NCBI GenBank assembly: GCA_977020255.1
Contig: CDROCS010000681.1
Coordinates: 186,001 to 250,000, forward strand
Source: Obrimoposthia wandeli
Taxonomy: Eukaryota
DNA length: 64,000 bases
Direction of reading: 5' to 3'
A program made the translations under genes and the position numbers. The number at the start of each line of letters is the position of its first letter. Position 1 is the stretch's first letter. Positions 53,993 through 63,420 of the stretch are shown one piece after another. The notes beneath the pieces were generated by a model. It ran no database searches. It was not told where the DNA came from and saw only the letters and a list, made by a program, of their open reading frames with translations.

Positions 53993-54420
53993 AAGCTGCA
54001 AGGTAACCCCTGTGATTCCTAGGGGATTGACCTAGACTTCGTGAAGCCAATACTCAGAAAAATGGTTAACTCTGAGCCGCCAATACAAGCAGTGTGGCGG
54101 CGCTCTGCTCAATGCCATCGGTAATGGATAGCCAAGGGTCGATGTGCGACGCCTGACAGAAGTTGTAGGGACTCGTTTGGGCGTGGTGCTGGAGGATGCA
54201 CGGTCTTCGAATTTGGTCGCAACTACCTGTCCGAACCTAACAAAATCTAATGAACATGTTAGACAGGTGAAAATTTGCGGTTTCTTACGACAGAGGATTC
54301 ATGTAATTCATTTCCAGCCTCACAAAAGCATAGCTCTGTTAATAGGTTCATGAGTAGGTGGATGTGTGTCTTTCGGAACAAAGACATTTTGACCCCCCAG
54401 GAGAAAAATTTTTATGAAGG

Positions 54421-54905
54421 TCAAAAATGTAGGTCAAAATTTTTTGAAATTTGCGCGAAAATTTCTGAAATATAGGTCAAATTTTTGAAATTTGCGCTAA
54501 ATTTTTTGAAAATTTTTGAAATTTGCGCGAAAATTTTTGAAATTTCCATGAAAATTTTGAAATTTGCGCGAAAAAATTGAAATATAGGTCAAAATTTTTG
54601 AAATTTGCGCGAAAAATTTTGAATTCAAATTTTTTATGACAGATGTAGGTCAAATTTCTCCCGAGTACACATGATTTTTATTTAAATTCATGAGGTCAAC
54701 TTAAGGTCACGGTGAGGACAAGATGTAGGTCAAGTCAACCATGTGTCTTTCGGAACAAAGACCATGAGTCATCGATGAGTCATCGATGAGTCATCGATGA
54801 GTCATCGAACAAAGACCATGAGTCATCGAACAAAGACCATGTGTCTTTCGGAACAAAGACCATGAGTCATCGATGAGTCATCGAACAAAGACCATGAGTC
54901 ACCCA
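54421..54905. promoter_or_regulatory. Subterminal motif arrays: TTTCGCGC x4 (minus), WAWNTAGGTCA x3, TGAGTCA x8
   Basis: GCGCGAAA at 54453, 54525, 54566, 54607. AAT.TAGGTCA at 54426, 54469, 54581. ATGAGTCA at 54764, 54775, 54786, 54797, 54818, 54862, 54873, 54894. Confidence 0.6.
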
Positions 54906-55128
54906 TGAGGACAACTTAAGGTCATGGTGAGGTCAAAGAGATTCTATTTTTAGTAACATACTTAAATTCTATTTTTAGTAACATACTTAAATTCTATCTA
55001 ACAAAGACAGTCACGCATCTATATTGCAAATACTTGCATCTTTATGTAATCAATAGTAACATTTATTCTTATACATGTATATATGTGTGAGTGTCTAACA
55101 AAGACACTGCATCTATATTGTAATGTAA

Positions 55129-55494
55129 TTACAAAGTTTTTGGTCGGTTTGCTAAAAAGTTTAGTTTTGGACCAAGATAAGCACTAGGATCCTTTTCAAA
55201 TGCTTTTGTAAGTTTATCTAATTTTACAAAAATATCAAGCATACCATCTCCTTTTTGTATACCATCTCCTTTTTGCACTTGTTTCTGATTTTGTATACCT
55301 CTCAAATAATCCACATTCTTTTTGTGCTTTATAGCTTTTTTATCAACTCCGCCAAACCATCTACCTAAAAGATTTGCTGCCATCATATGAATACCCAAAC
55401 CTTCCATGATTTTCTTTTTACTCATAGTCTTTTTACTCATAGTCTTTTTAACCCTAGTCTTTAATGATTTAGTAGGTTTTTTAGTCATTTTCAT
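55129..55494 (-). CDS. Small lysine-rich element protein (possible core/DNA-binding protein), about 121 aa
   Basis: Likely start MKMTKKPTKSLK at 55494; basic N-terminus; MEGLG and QKGDG x2 motifs. Confidence 0.6.
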   Translation of the reverse strand: MKMTKKPTKSLKTRVKKTMSKKTMSKKKIMEGLGIHMMAANLLGRWFGGVDKKAIKHKKNVDYLRGIQNQKQVQKGDGIQKGDGMLDIFVKLDKLTKAFEKDPSAYLGPKLNFLANRPKTL

Positions 55495-55579
55495 AATAAA
55501 TATTAAAGTATCACTATTGTTTATAATATAATAATAAATAATATATATAAAATAATACAAATAAAGACACAAAAATTTA

Positions 55580-55969
55580 TTAGTCAACTCTAACAGCATC
55601 AATTAGTTTCCATATCGGAGTTTCCAATCCACTGGGCCCGATCTTGCATCCTTGAATTCTGATTGAGATAATCCATTCTAGCTTAGGAGGAGGTGCTTCG
55701 TATATTGTTCCATTCTCATGCTTGAAAGTGGCAGTTGATCCTTTGATTACGAATTTGTTTTCCTGAAGTGCATAGTTGATTCCGAATTGAGTCAAGAGAA
55801 TATTGATTCTCTCTTTATCCACAGAAGTCAAATTTGATATTTCAAAATCAAATTTAAGCGGCTCGATGTTGATAGGAAAAATAAAATTATAGTTATGAGC
55901 TTTCTTCAAAAAGTGCATCTCATATCCAAAATATGTATGCATAGGTTGATATAGCTTTTCGAAATTCAT
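55580..55969 (-). CDS. Hypothetical 129-aa element protein, possibly an OB-fold/SSB-like protein
   Basis: Clean ATG ORF; the beta-rich C-terminus WIISIRIQGCKI..PIWKLIDAV only loosely resembles viral SSBs. Confidence 0.5.
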   Translation of the reverse strand: MNFEKLYQPMHTYFGYEMHFLKKAHNYNFIFPINIEPLKFDFEISNLTSVDKERINILLTQFGINYALQENKFVIKGSTATFKHENGTIYEAPPPKLEWIISIRIQGCKIGPSGLETPIWKLIDAVRVD

Positions 55970-56060
55970 ATTGACAATTATAAATTGAAATATTCAATTG
56001 TTTATCCTCTAAAGCTCGATTCTAATTGGTCGATTAGTCTCAATTGCTTAACATTCTTGT

Positions 56061-56267
56061 TTATCGTCTAGTATTAGTCATATCCTTAAAGGGCTCACGT
56101 TCTTCGGTTACGCGCGTAGGACTTGTTATTGTTTGACTTGATGGATTAATATTTTCTCTCTGATTATTTCTATTATAATTCATATTAGAATATAAATTAC
56201 TACTGGAACCTATGTATGTACTAGCTCTACTTTCATTATTTTGATTATTTTGATTATCCATTATCAA
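56061..56267 (-). CDS. Small N/Q/S-rich ORF divergent from the IAP
   Basis: ATG ORF beginning 107 bp from the IAP start, sharing the intergenic repeat module. Confidence 0.35.
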   Translation of the reverse strand: MIMDNQNNQNNESRASTYIGSSSNLYSNMNYNRNNQRENINPSSQTITSPTRVTEEREPFKDMTNTRR

Positions 56268-56286
56268 AATATTGTTTATACTAAGA

Positions 56287-56328
56287 CAAATAGTTGCAAA
56301 TAGTTGTAATGTGGTCTAAAAATAGATT
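56287..56328 (+). promoter_or_regulatory. 42-bp module, identical copy at 58010-58051
   Basis: CAAATAGTTGCAAATAGTTGTAATGTGGTCTAAAAATAGATT, followed by TATATAAG (56338) or TTATAAA (58061). Confidence 0.7.
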
Positions 56329-56373
56329 TTCACTTACTATATAAGCTAGACAATTTCATCATTCAATTTTGTT

Positions 56374-57370
56374 ATGACTACTAAATTTATTGCACATTAT
56401 GTTTCAGAAAACGGAGAACTCACCATTAGACGACGGCGTTTTGATAATATTTCAAGAATAAATGAAAATATGATATATGAAGAAAGAAGATTAGAATCGT
56501 TACAAGCAAAGTTTACTGGTTTAGCCCATAAGAAAGCTTTAGCAAAAGCAGGATTTTACAAGCACGATGGTTCGAAAGATAATGTAAAGTGTATTTACTG
56601 TCAGGGAGGAATATCAGGATGGGAGTACTATCTGAAACCAATGAAGCAACATCAGCTATTTTTCCCAAGATGCCCGTTTGTTTTGAAAATGAATGTTTCA
56701 AACGTACCAATAATTGATTCCAGCACCACCCAAATTGATTTTGATACAACTCCAATGGATAAAGTAGTTATTGTGCGCAATAATTATTCTAATGATATTG
56801 AAATACCTACATTATCGATTTTCGATCATGTATATATTTGGAATGATTCTTATCGATGTTGTTTCTGTCGGCCAGCAGTACCCCGACTTGACCTTATTGA
56901 TACTATGCCTGATCTTTCATACTCGAGATTGTAAAGCATCTAGTATGGGAATCAAGAACGGATGTATTGTTGAATATCATATTAGTAATGATGAAATTGA
57001 TGCCCAGATGGAAACTCGTCAAATAGTTTTGCTGAAACGTGATTACAGCCATGATAGAATCAAAGCTGTTTTAGTTAATAGGTTTAAAACATTCGGTAAT
57101 AAATATGATTCTATATATGAGTTTATAACGGATTTAAGGTCTTTAGAAATAAAATCTGAACCAAAACATCGGATAAATTATCTCGAGTACCTCTTACCAA
57201 ATCCCGAATGTGTTGTTTGCATGAGTGATGCGATTTCCGTGGCATTTTTACCATGCGGTCACTTAAACACGTGTATTAAATGTTCAGATCGTTTTATTAC
57301 ATGTCCATATTGCAAGACAATTATCATTAGACGAGTAAGAAATATTAGATTTCATAGCATAGGCAATTAA
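56374..57370 (+). CDS. iap: Inhibitor of apoptosis (BIR, degenerate second BIR-like segment, RING); one frameshift near 56860-56925
   Basis: BIR: ERRLES..LAKAGFY..DNVKCIYC..GW..KQH..FPRCPFV. RING: CVVCMSDAISVAFLPCGHLNTCIKCSDRFITCPYC. Confidence 0.9.
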
Positions 57371-57433
57371 GCAAATCTAAAAATATATGTTCAAATTGTA
57401 TAAATAGAAGAAATCAGTTTATAATAATCAGAA

Positions 57434-57970
57434 ATGCTACTTCATAATATCAAATTAGTGAATATTAATTACAAGGGAATGGTTGTAAGTAACATTCAAC
57501 ACTTACCATTTCGGACTTCGAAGCCTCATCAGTATCGACTCAAGTGTGAAGGTTACACTATTATCATTTTCAAATCTGGTAATTTATATTTACATTTATA
57601 TATAATTCTAATTTAGGTACATGCAGAATAATGGGTTGCAAAACAGTGCTGGATGAAAGCAGTCTTCCTTTTGATATAAAAATCGAAAGAATCCAATCAA
57701 TCAGTCTCAGCAGCAATCTAGAAACATCGATAAACCTAAACAAGATGAGCAAGAGTATGGGATCAGAAGCTGTTTACGAGCCAGAAATCTTCCCGGGACT
57801 TCGATACGTCAAATACAATCCCCTATGCGTGAACATTTTTTGCTAGCGGGAAGATTATGATACTCGGTGTTAAATCTTTAAACTATGAGTATCTGATTGA
57901 ATGTATTTTGTTTAATATAGATCTTCACACTTGTGTTATTTATTTCCTAAACCAAATAGTTTTAAAATAG
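57434..57970 (+). CDS. TATA-binding-protein-like protein: exons 57434-57578 and 57617-57970, 38-nt intron, one extra T at 57836-57841; about 165 aa
   Basis: Splicing gives IIIFKSGTCRIMGCK (repeat 1). YEPEIFPGLRY..VNIFASGKIMILGVK is repeat 2 (TBP consensus YEPELFPGLIY..LIF.SGK.V.TGAK). Confidence 0.8.
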
Positions 57971-58549
57971 ATTTCTCTTAGAGACAAAGACATCACATGT
58001 CATTACTTGCAAATAGTTGCAAATAGTTGTAATGTGGTCTAAAAATAGATTGTTCATGGGTTATAAACAATATTTGATTTGCTTTTTATCATAAAATGGA
58101 TGAAATTATTCAATGTACAGAGATTGAGGATACATTATAAGAACTTGCTTCAGTTATTCTCATTGCTTTAATTAAGAAAAATAATCCTAAATAATAATTA
58201 TATGTAGTTTATTTAACTCTCTTAGTTACGTCATCAACTACATTTACATGAGATGTTAAATACAATGGAAAGGTTGAATAATACTCCAATCAAATCATAT
58301 GATGAAACTGATGCTCCAATGAAATCAAACCTTGTTTAATATATAAGACTAAATTGACTCGGAATTGATAAAATGGAGAAAATCGATTCAGCACCAGAAG
58401 CAACATCATCATCAGTAACATCATCACCACCAGCAACAACAACAACAGTTATAAGAAGAGAGAAGAAACTATTGATGAAGTGACGATAGAAGAAGAAATT
58501 ATTATAGATCAATTATTGAAGATAAGAGACGGATAGATTTTTAAATGCT

Positions 58550-58984
58550 TTGGCTTTTATGGAACCCATAATAGCTCATGCTTCGAGTATGGAAATGAAC
58601 CACATGACCCATCTTTTTGATAGTTTGTTTAGTGCTAGATTTACTCAACTTAATGTAGAAAAGTTAAACAAAACCGCGATGAGTGAGATTTTAGTAAATC
58701 AATTATATATTGGTAATTATAGAGATGGGTTTGATGAAACTAATCTTTTGAATTCCAATTTCACTCATGTAATCAATACATCTATACTGGATAAAATATC
58801 TTATAAGAAATTAAAATATACTTCTGTCTTTGTAAACTCAAAATTAGGAGAAACAATAATGAAGTATTATAAACAGACATTTTTTATAGCAATAATTTTA
58901 TTTGATATTGTTTATGCTTTAACCAAAGCAGACAGAGTTGTCCACATGACTGTGTTAAAACATTTTGATAATGTTTCTTACTAA
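58550..58984 (+). pseudogene. N-terminal half of a dual-specificity-phosphatase-like protein; no HCxxGxxR motif
   Basis: MSEILVNQLYIGNYRDGFDETNLLNSNFTHVIN matches the DUSP/VH1 N-terminal pattern; the 3' part overlaps the protease end on the opposite strand. Confidence 0.6.
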
Positions 58985-59268
58985 AATGTACTTTCTTTCC
59001 AGAATCAAGTACTGTAGATACTAATTTAGAAGGGTAATATATCCCAAAGGGATCAAAAACAAAGATTTCATTTTTCTTTAACATGTATTGCAATCCAATG
59101 TTCACCACGCAAATTAGATGAATGTGTATTGATTACATATCCACCTAGTCGAGTCAAAGAGGGGATGTGATCAAGGCTGTAGACTCCATTGAAACGCGAA
59201 CCGAGTAGTTTTCTTCCGCTTTTTGTTATCTCGTCCGAACTAGAATATATATTAATTAATAAATTCAA
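58884..59268 (-). CDS. Adenain-like cysteine maturation protease, one frameshift at 59077-59079
   Basis: YVINTHSSNLRGEHWIAI / FVFDPFG / YQNVLTQSCGQLCL (His-Asp-Cys triad); start codon uncertain. Confidence 0.88.
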
Positions 59269-59318
59269 ACTGACTTACTTCATTTATATATATATCTTCT
59301 TTATTGTTTTCATTCTGT

Positions 59319-60549
59319 TTATACTAGTACTGTTCCTCCCTTGGTAATTTGAACCTCAGAATCGAATACTCCATAGATTATAATATTAGTAGGATGTTCA
59401 AGTGCTTTTGAAAACTTGATTTCTACTTTCAAATTTCCCTGTTTAGGTATTTGAGCTTGATTAATATCGAAATCAGGAGAGAGAACAAATGTGAACAGTG
59501 TATACTTGTCCTTGAAATCAGTCATTGAAATTCCAATATTAGCATCCTTATCCAAATGACCAAGATTTCTAATTAAAGATTGCACATAAGAAAACACATA
59601 ATCATCGTTTTCAAAAGTCTTTCGTATAAGATTTTTTATAACCAATTTTTGGGGAAATTTAAATTAAACTCACATTCATGTGTCCAAATTGAGAAACCTC
59701 ATTTTTAGACTCACCTCCATAGGTAGAAGTGTTTTGGAAAGCAATTAAAACAAAGTTTGGAAGTTGCATATCACCAAAAATCTGATCCTTGTAATAAGAT
59801 AGTGCTCCTGTAGGGATAGCGTGAGAAACAAGATTAGTTTTTCTAATAGGATAACATGCATTTTGCTTCTCCAACCCCATTCGATGTGCAACAAGTACAG
59901 ATGGTTCCACCTTTACTCTTCGAACCAGCAGTTTTGCTTCCGTAATCTCAATTGCGGTTTTAATAGTATCAGCGCAAACAACACTAAAACCTACTGGATT
60001 TCTCTTCATCCGAATATGTGCACTTACACCGGGTAAAAGATACTTTGGTTGCTTAAAGAAATCCAAATGGAGACTCCCACAAAGTGACAATACTTTAGAC
60101 TTTGCAATCGAAGCAATTCTTCTTTTTTCATCATTGTCAAACCCAATTGCATCAAGATTAATCAATTTCGTATCATTACCGTAATTCAACAATGTTTCAA
60201 TCATTGCTTTATGAGTGTAGCTAGTATTATTTCCCTCAACTTTCACATTATTGAGACTGAGAATCACATCCTTGAAAAGAGTATGCAACATGTAATTAGC
60301 TGATTTGATATCCATACCATCATCCAAATCACCTCCACCTTCCTTTGTAACTTTCAATTTAACGAGAAATAAACTATCATTCAAATCAAGATATTGAGTA
60401 TTGGATCCATTAATATTGAATTCTAAATCCGGAGAAGATGTCCCGTTAACCGTATTTGTCGGAAATATTTCTTCAAAACTAGCACTATCAACCACAACCT
60501 GAGGTATAGGTTTATCGAATATACACAATTCAGTTTTAGCACAACTCAT
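59319..60549 (-). CDS. Major capsid protein (double jelly roll), interrupted by TAA at 59659-59661 and a +1 shift at 59613-59616
   Basis: CAKTELCIFDKPIPQVVV, LEFNINGS..YLDLNDS, LHLDFFKQPKYLLPGV, FTFVLSPD..GNLKVEIKFSKAL..IIIYGVFD: Polinton MCP patterns. Confidence 0.9.
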
Positions 60550-60913
60550 TACTTAAAAATTGTTCCACCTAGTTTCAAACGTTTGTTTATACCCGATACT
60601 TTAGATGTTTTCTTACGTTTATAACCACTTCCCTTTTTGAGTTTTCTTTTTTCAAAAATTCAGCTAGACTTGGTGAAATTTCATTCACCTGATCCAAGGC
60701 TGCTTCCTTTAGTGTGGGAAGAAATTTCTCATCACTTGACAAGTATTTTGATCCAACATTAGCAATAAATTTCCCGAGTCGCTTGAGTAGTGGGAAAGCA
60801 AAGCGACCAAAAACCTTCATCCATCCTGATCCATACTGTTTTCCGGCAAAATAAGGCAAATCACCTCCTTGCATCGGTTTACTATATGCATCGATTATAC
60901 TTGAATCAATCAT
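60549..60913 (-). CDS. Conserved small Polinton protein with an amphipathic helix and basic tail (frameshift near 60634-60652)
   Basis: MQGGDLPYFAGKQYGSGWMKVFGRFAFPLLKRLGK. The shifted frame ends KKGSGYKRKK..GGTIFK* with TAA overlapping the MCP ATG. Confidence 0.75.
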
Positions 60914-61925
60914 AATTTACGAAAATGAACCGTTAAACTTGTTTTAGCTGTAAGCAAATGTAATTAATCTTCCAGAATCATTACGTATATTAACTTCAAT
61001 ATTGTTTATAGAAGAACTCACGGGAATATACATTGGATTTTCAATTGGAATATGTATAACATCACCATACTTGTGCTTTTCCTGTTGAACCCAAATTGCT
61101 TTAATTAGGGAAGTTTCCTTCCTCCTACGAATATTGGTTCGGTAATACTCGTGTAGATATAAATCTGATTATATGCATTAGTCATTTTAGGAATAATCTT
61201 TGCTTTGAAAACCTCATTTTTATTTTCAAATTCATTTTCATCAAAACCGATAATTGAGGCTAATGATTTATCCATGATGATTTTATCAATATTGGATTTC
61301 AATTTGAAATGAATCAATTTATTAACTAGTTTAAAGTTTTCAAATACATTTGGTAACACTGTTTTAAAATGTTTACACATACTTTTGCTATCGGCAAAAA
61401 GAAAATCATTGGGAACTGAATATATTTTCCTCTCGCGTTTAACGAATCTATTTTTATCTTGAATGTAATTATCGGATACTTGACATGATTATCCATAATT
61501 TTTGAAACTGCATGCTTACCTTTTTCAACGTTAGGCGGAAATCCATATTGTTCTGCAACAATTTCATCATTAAAAACTATTTCAAAATTATCCCCTTTTC
61601 CCATAATTTGAATTCGATTCTCTTTATTTAAAAAGATTGTGAAATCATCGCCCGCCTTAATACGAGCCAAATCCATTTGACCCTTATCAAATAGTAAAGT
61701 CACATCAGTTACTTTATCAACTTCACGTTGGGTAATATATTCAATCTCAGTTTCACTTTGAATAGATAGAGGAGAGTAATTGAAAGAAAATTCCGTAAGA
61801 GCAGCTTCCCAACCACCAGGTAAATTGATTGAGCTTTGATAATCAATACTAAAACTATTAGCAGTATTATTCGGTTGAGTTAATGGCGAACCATTACTTG
61901 GTAATACAACATACATTGAGTTCAT
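60910..61925 (-). CDS. Minor capsid (penton) protein, two frameshifts (near 61411-61413 and 61114-61122)
   Basis: MYVVLPSNGS..PNNTANSF..INLPGGWEAALTEFSF; IYIYTSITEP; NPMYIPVSSSINNIEVNIRNDSGRLITF..LTVHFRK*. ATGA overlaps with both neighbours. Confidence 0.85.
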
Positions 61926-62950
61926 TCTATTTGAGAAGCTAATATCCAACTAGGTTCAGTATATCCATGCCACTTAACATGATATTGTTTATGCTTTCCT
62001 CTACCTTTTGTCTCTAAAATTTCTTGGATTCTATATACATTCGGTTTCTCAGGCAAGACTTGTAATTCCTCATGATAAAATTTACCCGTGATTACCTTAT
62101 TGGTTTCATCCTCAATGAAATACATTACCGGCATACGTTTATTATCAATTTTAGTTATACGAAATACTTCATCACTCCAATTCTCTTTGAAATTCTTTAT
62201 AAAAGGAGTAGTACTAATTTGAGAAATACGTACATAATCACCAACTTTATACTTGGGTTTCCGCGCAACTTGACTTTGGTTACGGCGTTGCCAAATTGCC
62301 ATAGCATTCTCATCTGTAACATCAACGGGTCTCTTTCGGTCTAATGATGAGTGTTCACTATGATTGTATGCATGTATTATTTGAGGTAAAACAGTAACCC
62401 AGGACTTATTTCCCTGCTTTGTGAAATACTTTTTCAAACGATCTCTCAATGTTCGATTAAAACGTTCAACTAAAGCGGCTTTATATTGGGAAAATACTGA
62501 GTAATGATTAATATTATGTTTTTTCAATAGTGTTTCAACATGTTTATTATAAAACTCCTTTCCACTATCCGTTTGGAAATTTCTTGGTTTTATTTCTTTA
62601 ATCAAAAGCTTCATTGCGGTTAAAACATCGGTACCAGACTTAGACTTTAATGGAATAGCTCGCGCGAATCTGCTAAAGACATCAACACAAGTTAAAATAT
62701 ATCGATATCCGTTGTTAATACTCGCATACGGAATCATTTCCATCAAATCTGCTTGCCATAAATCATTCGGGCCGCTCGTTTTGTATGATCTCGTTGGGAA
62801 CCGACGTCTCATTGGTTTGTTTAAGCTGTAAGCTAATTGATTTCTCAACCACGCCTGAGTTTCCTGCTTTGTCTTCTTTGTCTCTTTTGCTAATTTTGAA
62901 ACCCCTGTGTAACCAACGGGATGACTTGGATCGAACCATATTTTCTCCAT
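61922..62950 (-). CDS. int: Retroviral-type DDE integrase with a C-terminal chromodomain-like segment, intact, 342 aa
   Basis: WQADL (D), FQTDSGKEF (D), ALVERFNRTL (E); C-terminal YRIQEIL..YHVKWHGY..SWI. Confidence 0.95.
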   Translation of the reverse strand: MEKIWFDPSHPVGYTGVSKLAKETKKTKQETQAWLRNQLAYSLNKPMRRRFPTRSYKTSGPNDLWQADLMEMIPYASINNGYRYILTCVDVFSRFARAIPLKSKSGTDVLTAMKLLIKEIKPRNFQTDSGKEFYNKHVETLLKKHNINHYSVFSQYKAALVERFNRTLRDRLKKYFTKQGNKSWVTVLPQIIHAYNHSEHSSLDRKRPVDVTDENAMAIWQRRNQSQVARKPKYKVGDYVRISQISTTPFIKNFKENWSDEVFRITKIDNKRMPVMYFIEDETNKVITGKFYHEELQVLPEKPNVYRIQEILETKGRGKHKQYHVKWHGYTEPSWILASQIE

Positions 62951-63047
62951 TGCAGCAAGACGATTTGATTTTTAAATTGAATTTAGGAATAGATGGAAGT
63001 GATCCCATATATAAATTCATATTATTGATTCGAATTTATGTTTATAA

Positions 63048-63398
63048 TCATCGGTTAATTAGTCTACTAGCAAGTGCACCAACTATTGAGCTAATAATTG
63101 GTACGAGAAATCCTAAAAATCCACCACTTTGCTTATAAAGCAACTTACGTTTACCGATTCGTGTTTTGGCATGAAACAAAGCAAGTAGAGGTTTCTTATG
63201 CCGATTCAGGTTAGCCTTGACAATTATTTTACCAGAAACTATTTTCTGTATCATATTAAGTAAATCATCAATTACAAAAGTAGGGAATGATTTAAGAATA
63301 GCTGGGCGGCGAACAGCAGGTGCACGCATGAGAGAATTGAAATAGGCAGTACTCCTAGATTTCCTAACAACAGTTCTTTTCGATTTTTGAGCAACCAT
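63048..63398 (-). CDS. Small basic Polinton protein ending in QSGGFLGFLVPIISSIVGAL (hydrophobic/amphipathic tail)
   Basis: Likely ATG at 63398 (MVAQKSKR); R/K-rich; QxGGF motif typical of this gene position in Polintons. Confidence 0.75.
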   Translation of the reverse strand: MVAQKSKRTVVRKSRSTAYFNSLMRAPAVRRPAILKSFPTFVIDDLLNMIQKIVSGKIIVKANLNRHKKPLLALFHAKTRIGKRKLLYKQSGGFLGFLVPIISSIVGALASRLINR

Positions 63399-63420
63399 TT
63401 TCCTTGCACTTAAAACTGAT

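Noticed and set aside
38832-54700. One element bounded by the two AGTAG termini
   Set aside because: The termini are direct, not inverted, and the interval contains host-like exons and unrelated TEs
62072-63138. ORFs 62072-62344, 62763-63020 and 62785-63138
   Set aside because: Alternate-frame or antisense overlaps of the integrase and its neighbour; likewise 3159-3404, 3435-3617, 3918-4148, 32521-32888 and 59821-60036
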